A DNA stretch of 62,907 bases, counting the filler, from Octopus bimaculoides (taxonomy: Eukaryota), in assembly GCF_001194135.2 (NCBI RefSeq). It is 3 parts of 3 records of this genome, joined end to end, with 100 filler letters (N's around TTAATTAATTAA, not from the genome) between each part and the next. Parts side by side here need not be neighbours in the genome. Positions count along the whole stretch, not along the records: positions 1 to 25,200 come from NC_068981.1; 2 more parts are not named here. One strand, 5' to 3'. The position numbers were made by a program, and so were the translations under genes. Of the stretch, positions 1 through 13,350 are shown one piece after another (the first letter of the stretch is position 1; every line of letters begins with the position of its first letter). The notes below the pieces were generated by a model that was not told where the DNA came from, did not search any database, and saw only the letters and a list, made by a program, of their open reading frames with translations.

Positions 1-569
1 ATATATATATATATATATATAGTGTGTATATGTATCATATACGTACATAAATACATTCAAGGATACATGTACATGAAACATCTTGCAAGTATATTTGTAT
101 AACTAAAACATCCCCTTTAACGCATTTTAACGTAAATACGAGAAAGTGCATTTTCTACTGCTTATTACATGACTATATAAAATTATAAAGTCTATGAAAA
201 TTAAGGGGAAATTAGTTATTTGATGAAGAATCAATTGTGTGTGTATAATGCAATTTGACTTTTATTACTCTGGACTATATTTTTTAAAGCAGTTTTTTCA
301 CATATCTCACAGGCATCATCATTTTTTATTTCGAAGTCGTTTTTGTTGTCGTTGTTATTCGTTTTCTTGTCCATTATACATGCTTGTCTCTTCCTCTTTT
401 GTGTCTGTCATAATCAGTGGGAAAGTTATTCTCTCGCCGACGATAATTACCGTTTTTAATGCACTAAACAATCCTACTTAGTAGTTAGGTGGCGCTGTCT
501 GACATTGCTTACAGTCTGCCCTCATCGTAAGGAGTCAAACGAATTCATTTAAGAAGTTTAACCTTTGCG

Positions 570-655
<86 letters not shown>

Positions 656-668
656 CATCATCATTATT

Positions 669-885
669 AAGGCAGCGAATTGACAGAATCGTTAGTATGC
701 CGGGTAAACTGCTTAGCAACTTTTCGTCCATTTCTACGTTCTGAGTTCGAATTCCGCCGAGTTCGACTTCGCTTTTTATCCTTTCGGGGTCAATAAAATA
801 AGTACCAGTCAAGTACTGGGGTTGATGAAATCGGCTTTACGGCTCCCCTGAGAAATTTCAGGATTTGTGCCTATAGTAGAATGGA
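669..885 (+). mobile_element. tRNA-derived SINE family B copy embedded in (ATT)n
   Basis: A-box-like GAATTGACAGAATCGTTAG, B-box-like GAGTTCGAATTCC, body ATCCTTTCGGGGTCAATAAAATAAGTACCAGT and (ATT)n tail. Many homologues in the window. Confidence 0.85.
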
Positions 886-904
886 TTATTATTATTATCA
901 TTAT

Positions 905-1810
<906 letters not shown>

Positions 1811-2039
1811 TCCTATAATCTCTATCTGCTATGAAGCGGCAGCATTATAAGCCACTATTAATTACGTAATCTAAACGATAAAATAACGAAGGTCTAAAAA
1901 TTGTCGATGATCTGAGGAACGTTGTTTTAAACAAATAGCAAAGGCATAGTGAGGAAATACAAACACTCCTTAAAAACGATTGATCTTGAACTTGATCACA
2001 TTCGTATTTTCAATGACGCAGACACACATCGCTGGTGCT

Positions 2040-2240
2040 TTTCTGGCTTTAAGAATGTGGCGAAGGATCTGGCTGAAGGCCCAAGCTTCCGAGTTCTTCT
2101 ACAGGGCTTAGAAAAACCGAAGGACCGCTGCAATAAGTGTGTAAATCTTAGAAGGGAATATATTGATTAAGATCATAACTGATCCTCCTGTATTCTCTTT
2201 TACCCAAAGCCAGGAACTTTTCAGTACCTCCCCCCTCATG
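2040..2240 (+). mobile_element. Mariner transposon 3' end (transposase C-terminus plus TIR)
   Basis: LLQGLEKPKDRCNKCVNLRREYID* resembles the mariner C-terminus. It is followed by CCAAAGCCAGGAACTTTTCAGTACCTCCCCCTCAT, a mariner-like right TIR. Confidence 0.7.
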
Positions 2241-2406
2241 CATGTGCGCGTGTATGTATATAAATACATGTATGTATGTATGTATGTATGTATGTATATA
2301 TGTATGTATGTATGAATGTATGTATGTATGAATGTATGTATGTATGTATGAATGTATGTATGTATGTATGTATGTATGAATGTATGTATGTATGTATGTA
2401 TGTATG

Positions 2407-3120
2407 TCATTGTTCACTTTTATTTCAAGATTTCTTGCCAATAGAGAAAGAGCCAGTGTCTAACCTAGATCTAAGGCTCCTTCATTGGAATTTCAACACC
2501 AGCAACAGGGTATATATGTAGTATGTATGTATGTATGTATGTATGTACGTACGTATGTATGTATGTGCAAATTTGTATGTCTTGTGTATGTATTCTCATG
2601 CATATAGTTGCATATCTAGACATTCTCATATATATATTTAAATGATAAACTTCTGGAAAGTTTTCCTGAGTTTTACAGTTCCAGTGATGGACTGGATCTG
2701 TAGTCTTCGAATGAGCTTTCTCCTTTTTGGTTTTGAGAAGTCTAATTTCTCAAGTTTGGTATTTAGGCAGTGTGTTACATATCCTAGGGTCCCAATAATT
2801 ACAGGTATAAACCTGAACTTGTAATCTGGATAGAGTAACTGTAAATTTCTCAATAGGTCAGCATAGGTGTTCTTTTTTTCACTGATCTTCAGCTTTATGT
2901 TAACATCCGCTGGGCAGCTGATTTTCACAACTGTGCACAGTTTCTCTTCTCTATCCCAAATCATTATATCAGGTCTGATGTGCTTACATTTTATTGAGGT
3001 CTTCACTGGGACATTTCACCAGTATTCCTTTTTATTAGGAGTGACTTCTATCATATTTTGGGTTCTTATTTCTTTGTCCTCGGGATTATCCTTCCGACGG
3101 ATTTCATTATAGAGTGTCCT
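2407..3120 (-). mobile_element. 5'-truncated R4/Dong-like non-LTR retrotransposon (restriction-like endonuclease domain plus 3' UTR)
   Basis: KKEYW*NVPVKTSIKCKHIRPDIMIWDREEKLCTVVKISCPADVNIKLKISEKKNTYADL...IPVIIGTLG is an RLE PD-(D/E)xK-type domain with one in-frame stop. Both ends abut (TATG)n. Confidence 0.85.
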
Positions 3121-3211
3121 GTATGTATGTATGTATGTATGTATGTATGTATCTATCGTGATTGTGTGCCTGTATACATGTATTATATCTATATGTATAT
3201 ATGCATATATA

Positions 3212-3294
<83 letters not shown>

Positions 3295-4575
3295 GCATAT
3301 ACACTTGCATGTACACTTCCACCAACTTAAACACTCTGTAATTGCACCACGGCTCCATATAGCTAAATATAAGCAATGAAAACATACTGTCAAAAAGGTC
3401 ACGCACCTCATAACAAAAGACCAAATATTATACTGACAAGAAGGTCATTCAATTTTGACAAATTATTCCGAAAAACTTTTCCCAGTGGCTTTTTGCTTAT
3501 TTATTTATCTACTTGTTTATCTATTTGTCTTGTTTCAAGGGAAAGAGATTGTGATTTGTGTTTTGGTTGCTACTGGTGTTTATTTGGGCTTTTAATGTAC
3601 GGTGACATTACATTTTTTAACAGTTCCCTTTTGATGGGATTGCCAAGGTAATAGGGTGCAGATTGAAACATATTTACATCATAAGAACAAGGAAAATGAT
3701 AATGATGCGAATGAGGAATTTCTATAGATTTTCCAATCCTTATTTTCTCTTGCTGTTTGCTAAAATATGTTGTCCAGTGATTCTAGCTTTCTTATATTCT
3801 TAAACTCGATATTATTATGCAAGACTTATAGACGTTGTACTATATTGAGTTATAACTTAAGTACGAAACAATAAATTGATCGACCTTAATACTTGATTGA
3901 CATTTATTTTTATCCTACTATGAAAAACAAAGGGCAAAGTGGAATTTAGCGAGTTTTGGACTCAGAACGTAACAGGATGTGGCTAAGATCAGTAAAGTGT
4001 TTTGTTAGATGATCTACGGTTCATACCACTCCACCATTAATATATATCTTATATCAAGGAAGATTTTTATAGTGAAATTAAGCGCTGGAAGTGATAAAAT
4101 TAATTTTTCACTCATGTAATTACATACAAAAAGCACACCCGGCTGTCATCTGTTAGTGAGTACGGCTTAGTAGCATGTGCCGAATATTTTCGTGATCGTT
4201 TTAGATGCCATGTAGTCGTGAGAAGACATAAACATTGTCTAAGCCCTTCCGACCTTAACCCAGCAGAACATTCAGGATGTGGCAGCTGGAGAGAAGGAAG
4301 GTTTCACTACTACCCGACTGATACTCCTTTTCAACTGAGTAGATTAAAGCAACGTGTAAGGAAATGCTTTGCTTAAGGTCACAACGCACTTCTTAGTTAC
4401 TGAAATGCACCCACAACTTTATTATGCTCATAAGTCAAACACCCAAACCACTAGACTGAGATTATGTATTATAATATAAATATTATATATATGTATTATA
4501 ATATAAATATTATAATATAAATATTAAACGAATTTTGTTTCTTTTAGAAAATAATTTGGACAAACTATGGGAAAA

Positions 4576-4960
4576 GTTGTTGGTACTCCGTCGCTTAGAC
4601 GTCGAGGGTTCCAGTTGATCCGATCAACGGAACAGCATGCTCGTGAAATTAATGTGCAAGTGGCTGAGCACTCCACAGGCACGTGTACCCTTAACGTAGT
4701 TCTCGGAGATATTCAGCGTGACACAGAGTGTGACAAGGCTGGCCCTTTGAATTACAGGCACAACAGAAACAGGAAGTAAGTGTGAGAGAAAGTTGTGGTG
4801 GAAGAGTACAGCAGGGTTCGCCACCATCCCCTGCCGGTGCCTCGTGGAGCTTTAGGTGTTTTCGCTCAATAAACACTCACACCGCCCGGTCTGGGAATCG
4901 AAACCGCGATCCTATGACCGCGAGTCCGCTGCCCTAACCACTGGGCCATTGCGCCTCCAC
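4576..4960 (-). mobile_element. Full-length tRNA-derived SINE family A, body type 1
   Basis: Head GTGGAGGCGCAATGGCCCAGTGGTTAGGGCAGCGG with B box GGTTTCGATTCCC, and a (CAA)n tail. TSD-like ATGGGAAAAG (4567-4576) / ATAGGAAAAG (4961-4970). Confidence 0.9.
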
Positions 4961-5605
4961 ATAGGAAAAGTATATATTATGTCAATGACGAAATCGAATT
5001 ACAGGTTATAAACTCCTCGCTTCCTCTCTAATAACATCCAACGAAATCGAAAATTAAGTTTACTTCGCTCACAGAATTAGAGTTTTATTCATAAAATATC
5101 CGTCTGTTGCCTTAAATAATTCATGAATAAAGTAAACACGAGCCCAGAGTGTGCCGGGAATATGTAATAATTAAGAGGGACGATAGGAATTAAAAGCAAA
5201 AAGGAACATGTCCCTGCAAATAGAAGCAAGAGTACAATGTGATGAGAAAGGAAATGCAATGAATGTAGAAGTGACATTTCCAAGAAGTAGGGTGTGTCTT
5301 GCTGTTATTATACCACTTAAAAGAAGCACTTGAAGACATTTCTCCAGGATAAGACCAGGCGTTACGATGTATAATGATACAGCAAACGATATACACTCAG
5401 ATCAAATTGATCACTTTCCTAATAGACAGTTATAAGTAGAGTCTAGTTACTTGTTTTGACATTTCGGGATATATACTTACACCTCGAGTATATACTTAAT
5501 AGTAAATTTTGCTGACGGATACATTTGCTTCCTTCTCAAATGAAAAGACTCTTTTACTGGTCATGAAAGGCATATATCTATATATATATATATCTATATA
5601 TTCAC

Positions 5606-5674
5606 TTAAAATGCAGAGATGCCTATAATAGGACAGCTAATAGATGTCCTATTATAGGCATCTCTGCATTTTAA
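5606..5674. repeat. Perfect 30-bp inverted repeat with 9-nt loop; a second copy starts at 5811 and runs into a gap
   Basis: TTAAAATGCAGAGATGCCTATAATAGGACA-GCTAATAGA-TGTCCTATTATAGGCATCTCTGCATTTTAA. Confidence 0.97.
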
Positions 5675-6657
5675 ATGAATAATACATAGTCGATTGACTG
5701 TTTTTTTACTCTCGCTAGACCACTGGTGGTAAATAAAATTTCTAAAATTTTTTTTGCTACCCTATAATTTATTAATATATATCTATATATATATATATCT
5801 ATATATTCACTTAAAATGCAGAGATGCCTATAATAGGACAGCTAATAGATGTCCTATTATAGGNNNNNNNNNNNNNNNNNNNNNNNNNNNNNNNNNNNNN
5901 NNNNNNNNNNNNNNNNNNNNNNNNNNNNNNNNNNNNNNNNNNNNNNNNNNNNNNNNNNNNNNNNNNNNNNNNNNNNNNNNNNNNNNNNNNNNNNNNNNNN
6001 NNNNNNNNNNNNNNNNNNNNNNNNNNNNNNNNNNNNNNNNNNNNNNNNNNNNNNNNNNNNNNNNNNNNNNNNNNNNNNNNNNNNNNNNNNNNNNNNNNNN
6101 NNNNNNNNNNNNNNNNNNNNNNNNNNNNNNNNNNNNNNNNNNNNNNNNNNNNNNNNNNNNNNNNNNNNNNNNNNNNNNNNNNNNNNNNNNNNNNNNNNNN
6201 NNNNNNNNNNNNNNNNNNNNNNNNNNNNNNNNNNNNNNNNNNNNNNNNNNNNNNNNNNNNNNNNNNNNNNNNNNNNNNNNNNNNNNNNNNNNNNNNNNNN
6301 NNNNNNNNNNNNNNNNNNNNNNNNNNNNNNNNNNNNNNNNNNNNNNNNNNNNNNNNNNNNNNNNNNNNNNNNNNNNNNNNNNNNNNNNNNNNNNNNNNNN
6401 NNNNNNNNNNNNNNNNNNNNNNNNNNNNNNNNNNNNNNNNNNNNNNNNNNNNNNNNNNNNNNNNNNNNNNNNNNNNNNNNNNNNNNNNNNNNNNNNNNNN
6501 NNNNNNNNNNNNNNNNNNNNNNNNNNNNNNNNNNNNNNNNNNNNNNNNNNNNNNNNNNNNNNNNNNNNNNNNNNNNNNNNNNNNNNNNNNNNNNNNNNNN
6601 NNNNNNNNNNNNNNNNNNNNNNNNNNNNNNNNNNNNNNNNNNNNNNNNNNNNNNNNN

Positions 6658-6707
<50 letters not shown>

Positions 6708-6942
6708 CTATGATTGAATGCACTCAGTGCGCGGCAATTGTTCCATTCAGGTTTCGGTTCTTATTGTTTATCGCGTTGAACTCGCACGGGGTCCTGCACA
6801 GTTTAATGTCTGAGGATGTGTTTGCTCATGTAAACACTTCCATAGATACATATATGGATTGCATCTATAGTGTGATATCATCATGTGTTATTCGTTACAT
6901 ATATATATATATATATATATTGAATACTAATATATATATGCT

Positions 6943-7300
6943 CTCTTTTACTCTTTTACTTGTTTCAGTCATTTGACTGCGGCCATGCTGGAGCACCGCT
7001 TTTTTAGTCGGGCAAATCAATCCCAGGACTTATTCTTTGTAAGCCTAGTACTTATTCTATCGGACTCTTTTGCCGAACCGCTAAGTTACGGGGACGTGAA
7101 CACACCACTATCGGTTGCCAAGCGATGTTGGGGTGGGGGGAACAAACACAGACAGACAGACACACACACACACACATATATACGTCGGCCTTCTTTCAGT
7201 TTCTGTCTACCAAATCTACTCACAAGACTTTGGTCGGCTCGAGGCTATAGTAGAAGACACTTGCCCAAGGTGCCACGCAGTGGGAATGAACCCGGAACCA
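6943..7300 (-). mobile_element. SINE family C (CORE-like, possibly octopus OR2-type), 5' truncated
   Basis: Reverse complement contains GGCACCTTGGGCAAGTGTCTTCTAC (CORE-like) and ends ...GACTGAAACAAGTAAAAGAGTAAAAGAG. Confidence 0.85.
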
Positions 7301-7476
7301 CACTCAGTTTCTTCAAGATGGAGATAAGGATTTAGACGAAAGATTTAGATAAAGTGAAGTATCGACCCCAGTACAGGAGTGGTACTTTATTGACCCCGAA
7401 AAGATGTGAGATAGAGTTGACTTCAGAACCCCGAGACCCGGAATGATTTGACTTTGTTAACGACTCTACTGACTGG

Positions 7477-7528
<52 letters not shown>

Positions 7529-7985
7529 GTCTGTCTGTATGTATACAAGTGTGAGTGTATATACACACGAATTTAGATATGTATGCATGTCTGTGCATCT
7601 GATAGAGTTTATATATGTATATATATGTTTATATATGTGTATGTATGTATGTAACTTTTTATGTATATATAAAATTCTGTGAAACTGATTCAGTGAGTTT
7701 GTTTTGAAATACATAACTCCACCAAAGGTGAAAAAAAAAAACAAAAAGAAAATGGGAAGAAAAATGAAAACAATGCTGTGAATGTTTCAAGGAAAAAGAA
7801 AAAAACAAAAACACCAAAAAGGAAGTTCAGGGAAATATTAACAGAACAAAAATAAAGCAGACCTACAAAATAAAACAGAAATAAATAGTTTTTCTCTTAT
7901 CAGCACATTGGTTAATTCTTGACAGCAGTTAAACGAACGGTTGATTTTTTTCTTTTGTGCTTTTTAAAAACCTATCATGAGGTTT

Positions 7986-8051
<66 letters not shown>

Positions 8052-8399
8052 TTTAAGTTCTTATCAGTTAGACTTGTTTTTTTAAAAATATATTTTCTTA
8101 TGGCGGCTTGATTTAAGACCACAATAACAAAACTACTTTCTAATCACAAGAACAGTTATTTGATATGGAAATAAGTCGGGAGTTGACTTTTAGAAGCTAC
8201 ATATGCTTGTGTTTGTTAGAGTTTTGGAGTTAATTTACGATCACGTAACACATGCACATTCTCCCTCTGTAATACTCGACTTCCTAAAAATATGAGCCAA
8301 ATCTCATTCAAATCAAACTCTATAGAAGGAAGAAGTAACAGTGACAGTCGAAATATCGACCGGAGCTGCTCAGTAGGACCAAAGAAAAACGATTAAATG

Positions 8400-9142
8400 T
8401 CTCTCACGCCAATGAGAAAAACCTCGCTCGAACTTCGATCTTTTCGGTTTCGTACACAAGATCCGATTCTGTTTTGAAAATTTTTTCACGGATGTAGTTT
8501 TTCATGCTAATTACAAAAATTATGTACCTCTTTCTTGGAGTAATTAAAAATAAAGAATCTATGAAAGTTCAAGGATTGAAATTTTTTAAATTTCAGCCAC
8601 TCAGATGCACACCGGAAGTAGAAATTGTCATATATTCCCATAACAGCGTATTAAACCAGAGTGAGCGAACATAATAGCAACGAGTCAAATTTAAACCAGT
8701 GAGAAGCAAGATATTGAAAACTATTTTGAGCGACCGAATGGAGAATTTGAGAAGTCTGTGGACATTTTGAAAGCGGAGGACAATGCACTGAGCTAAGGAT
8801 TTAATAACGAGGAATACACTTTATTATTAAAACACCAAATGAAGATGTCCGTTGTTCGTGAAAAAATAGGTTTCCAAAAAGGTTTGTGGTTTGCACTCTT
8901 CCAGTAACAACTCTAGCTGTTTAGTTATTGTTGGGTGAAAGAACTAACGATAGTCCGTTTCTGTGGGGAGTAGGTGCAAACGAACCAAAGCGTCTTGTTG
9001 ATTATAACAACTACACGAGGGAACGGTGCATAGAGGGCCTGATTTGTAGCCTAGGGTAGATTGGTGATACTGGTACGATCATCGAGATTGGCGATCGATT
9101 TTCGTAATTAGCACGAAAATTTACACCCGTATAGAAATTTCC
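8400..9142 (+). mobile_element. Degenerate, internally deleted Merlin/IS1016-like DNA transposon
   Basis: Frameshifted peptides RCP.C.REKIGFQKGLWF (8843-8892), GVGANEPK...YTRERCIEG (8967-9038) and GTII..DWRS (9072-9097) occur in Merlin motif order. Inverted repeat 8487-8520 vs 9098-9131 has 28/34 identity. Confidence 0.5.
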
Positions 9143-9901
9143 CCATCCCGCCAAAAAATCGGCCCTGGTGTTGAAACCGAAAAGATCCTCTCATCTACTG
9201 TCATAAAAACATATAATGTAATATATTCTTCTATAGCAGTAGGTTTTATCCCAACGAGAATGCTCCATTGAAGATGTAAAATCAAAGTTGGGAAGCAAAT
9301 GTCAAGAGGCTCGCTATAGGGACGCTGGTGATCAGGAGGGTTGTGATCTTCCCTAGGATTAAAAGAAAATATGAGGAGGACATTGTGTTATCCGTGAGTA
9401 GAAATATAACTGATGAAGCACCAAAATCTAATGCAGTTTTGTTAAATTAAGCCTTCGACTTCTTTAGTATTTTCCATAAAAATTTAGTATAGAGAATACT
9501 AGTCGACATAAATGTCTAAGAAAGTAGCACTCGTTGGGTGAGACAGTGAAAAAATATGGACAATAAACTACTGCGTAGTATTAGCTTCTGCTTGATCAAA
9601 ATAATGCGGCTTTTTTTTTTTAAATCGTTGTGTGCAAAACACGGAGCGGCGATGTTTGTAAAATAGTATTCAGTGAAAGGGAACATCGAGCTTCCAAAGT
9701 ATGAGAACCACTATATAGAGGAAAAAAGTAAAAGTTTATAAGAGGACGAGATGCTCACAGTTGAAGCTTGAAGCATACTTCGTCATGGGTCTGATGGATC
9801 TGAATTGACCTGGGGTTATGCAGCAGCAGCAGCAGCAACTAGTTCGCGAGTTTGATAAAGCTTGAAGCGGGAAATGAAAAGAGTCTTTATGCTGTACTTA
9901 T

Positions 9902-10001
<100 letters not shown>

Positions 10002-11300
10002 AATATACTTTCAGGTGGCACGTTAAGAATGTAATGTCTGCAATAATTGCAGACGTAAGCTGAAATTTCATCGGTTTATATCGACAAAAGATATGAAGAT
10101 TTCACCGAATTTGGAATTTATATCAAGCCAAGCTGAACCAGTAAGTGTCAGAAAAGTAGTGCTTTCTCGTCTCAGTCATGTCTGACAACATTCTGTCGTC
10201 TATCACCACCGCCACCACCAAAAAGAAAAAAAAGGGTGAATAGAATGTAAAGAAGTAAATAAGAAATAAATAATAAAAGAAAGGAGGAGTGAGAAAACAT
10301 CAGTATAATTCTGCAGAATTTGAATCCCCACCTCTCTTTTATCTCTTCCTCCACCCTTTTTTGTTCTCCTACATAGACACACACACACACGCATACGCGT
10401 ATTTACTTATTCCGGATATACCCTGGCATACATATAGCAACAAATTACACAAACAAAACAATCTCTCTCTTTCTTTCTTTCATTCATTCTCTCCCTTCCT
10501 CTCTCTCTCTCTAACCCTCTGTCTGTCTATCTCTCTCTCGCCCTCTGTCTGTCTAGCTCTCTCTCTCTCTGTCTCCCTCAAACACACACATACACTTACA
10601 TACTCATAGCTGTTCATCATACACACTCTGGCACAGAAAGCAGTCCTCCTTTCTCCTCCCTACGCAGACACGCACACATGGACCCACACTCATAAGCTCC
10701 TACATCGACCCACACATAAACCCACACACATACATCCCACCATCTCCCCCCCCCCACATCAGACACTAAAACTTATTCTTTTTGTTGCTTTTCATTGGCA
10801 AGAGAACCCTTGACTGACAGATTTCCTTCAAAGTAAAAACAATTTATTAGTGTTTCAAACAGAGAATAAGCAGCTAGGAGTCTATTAGTAAAAGCAAACT
10901 GCATCTGGTTATCCTTGGCAGCTAAGAGAACTGGCGCGACCTTTACGTGCCGTGTTCATTCTCGGTGGGTCAACTCTATTTGGTATAGCAATAAACATTG
11001 TAGCAGGCGCNNNNNNNNNNNNNNNNNNNNNNNNNNNNNNNNNNNNNNNNNNNNNNNNNNNNNNNNNNNNNNNNNNNNNNNNNNNNNNNNNNNNNNNNNN
11101 NNNNNNNNNNNNNNNNNNNNNNNNNNNNNNNNNNNNNNNNNNNNNNNNNNNNNNNNNNNNNNNNNNNNNNNNNNNNNNNNNNNNNNNNNNNNNNNNNNNN
11201 NNNNNNNNNNNNNNNNNNNNNNNNNNNNNNNNNNNNNNNNNNNNNNNNNNNNNNNNNNNNNNNNNNNNNNNNNNNNNNNNNNNNNNNNNNNNNNNNNNNN

Positions 11301-11338
<38 letters not shown>

Positions 11339-11721
11339 CACACACACACGCACGCACACGCACACACACGCACACACAAACACACACACACACATGCGCG
11401 CACATACATACAGATGTACACAACATTACAGACGCAGACACACTTGCATACGTGAACGCAGACATAGTTGCATATACGTACGCAGACACACGTGGCCACA
11501 CATACGAGTACACATGCTTACACACACGTACGTGATAATTATGAAGAATTGTTTTTAAATAGTTTCAATGCTGCAAACAGACATTCAGCAACTTGGTGAA
11601 AACTTTGATGCGCCTTTAAACATTGAGAATTGAACTAAGTCAAGACCAGAATCTAATTTAATATCAATTAATTGCACCAGAAATAAATTTATATTTTGAT
11701 CTGTTAAAAATAGATAATGCT

Positions 11722-11925
11722 TTGAAACTTCGGCACAAAGTCAGCAATTTTAGGGGCACGAATAAGTCGGTTACATTGACCCTTGTGCTGGATTAGTACT
11801 TATTTTATCAACCCCGAAAGGATGAAAGGCAAAGTCAAACTCAGCGGCATTTGAGCTCCGAACGTAAAGATGGATGAAGACCCTCTAAGCATTTTGTCCG
11901 ATGTGGTAACGATTCTCACCGTCTT
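11722..11925 (-). mobile_element. SINE family B copy
   Basis: Reverse-strand homology to 669-885 (CCCCGAAAGGATGAAAGGCAAAGTC). Confidence 0.8.
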
Positions 11926-11944
11926 CTATTAAAAATAAGCAATC

Positions 11945-12348
11945 CTTTCTATTATAGGCACAAAGCCTGCTATATTGAGGGAAGGCAAGGCGGCAAGCTG
12001 GTAGAAACTTTAGCACCCCGGACGAAATGCTTAGCGGTTTTTCGTCTGTCTTTACGTTCTGAGTTCAAATTCCGCCAAGGTCGACTTTGCCTTTCGTCCT
12101 TTTGGGGTCGATAAATTAAATACCAGCTGCGCACTGAATCGATCTAATCGACTGGCCCCTCCCCCAAAATTTCAGGCGCTGTGCCTAGAGTAGAAAAGAA
12201 TATTGAGGGAGGGAAGGAACTAGTCGATTTCATTGACCCCAGTGCTCAACCGGTATTTCGTTTATCAACTTCGAAATGATTAAAGGAAAACTCGACCGCG
12301 GCTGAATTTGAACTCAGAACATAAATCAGAGGAAATGCTGCGAAGTAT
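11945..12348 (-). mobile_element. Older SINE-B copy interrupted by a younger plus-strand SINE-B
   Basis: Minus-strand 3' part at 11945-11982 continues at 12200-12348. Confidence 0.7.
11987..12199 (+). mobile_element. Full-length SINE-B nested in another SINE-B
   Basis: Head AAGGCGGCAAGCTGGTAGAA and B box GAGTTCAAATTCC. 11-bp TSD ATATTGAGGGA (11972-11982 and 12200-12210). Confidence 0.88.
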
Positions 12349-12780
12349 NNNNNNNNNNNNNNNNNNNNNNNNNNNNNNNNNNNNNNNNNNNNNNNNNNNN
12401 NNNNNNNNNNNNNNNNNNNNNNNNNNNNNNNNNNNNNNNNNNNNNNNNNNNNNNNNNNNNNNNNNNNNNNNNNNNNNNNNNNNNNNNNNNNNNNNNNNNN
12501 NNNNNNNNNNNNNNNNNNNNNNNNNNNNNNNNNNNNNNNNNNNNNNNNNNNNNNNNNNNNNNNNNNNNNNNNNNNNNNNNNNNNNNNNNNNNNNNNNNNN
12601 NNNNNNNNNNNNNNNNNNNNNNNNNNNNNNNNNNNNNNNNNNNNNNNNNNNNNNNNNNNNNNNNNNNNNNNNNNNNNNNNNNNNNNNNNNNNNNNNNNNN
12701 NNNNNNNNNNNNNNNNNNNNNNNNNNNNNNNNNNNNNNNNNNNNNNNNNNNNNNNNNNNNNNNNNNNNNNNNNNNNNNNN

Positions 12781-12812
<32 letters not shown>

Positions 12813-12959
12813 GTATATATATAGGTTATGAGAGGTAATGGTGTCAATAAGACCCAAAGGTGTCAGGTAATGGTGAGTAAGTGCTATGGATAGACCATAG
12901 TTAAGCTCCAGGTTCGGTGATTATGCGAATAAGGAGTCCAACGTAGGTCATATATCGGC

Positions 12960-13350
12960 ATGTGTATATATAAAAAAATTTTTTTTCCTAGAATGAGATA
13001 AAAAAACCCCAAGGCTGTGAAGATTTTAGAACATTTATAAATAGAAGGTCTTACAGCTGTTTCCAGGATATTTATTATATCCCCTCATCGGAGACGGTGT
13101 GAGAAAATAGTTAAGCAATAGTTAATTTAGATAAAATACGAAATAGAGAGTGAAGTGGAGGAATGAAAACAGATGTGAGATATGCAGGGATATTGCATTT
13201 GTAGATCCATTATTTAGGCAGAATGGTATACATATAAGATTCCAATACCTTGTGAGTAAATTCCAATAGTATTTAAAATTGGTCATTCCAAGTATAGAAT
13301 TTGTACACAGTGCTATTGTATTGAGGGTTTTATTTAAAGTGACCTAAAAG
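12960..13350 (-). mobile_element. Penelope-like element 3' fragment (family P2): degenerate GIY-YIG tail plus pseudo-LTR
   Basis: Degenerate KVLESY...LNN...LHI on the minus strand, followed by a hammerhead motif. Homologous to 51030-51310 (shared TATAAATGT...ACAGCCTTGG). Confidence 0.6.
13048..13095 (-). ncRNA. Minimal type I hammerhead ribozyme-like motif
   Basis: GTCT-CCGATGA-GGGGATAT aataa ATATCCTG-GAAA-CAGCTG-TA-AGAC. Stem I GTCT/AGAC, stem II paired, palindromic stem III and a GUA cleavage triplet. Confidence 0.7.

Noticed and set aside
10015-10140. 126-nt segment with strong splice signals (tttcag|G ... A|gtaagt)
   Set aside because: It has stops in all three frames and no M13 similarity. 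It could be a cryptic or non-coding exon but is unsupported.
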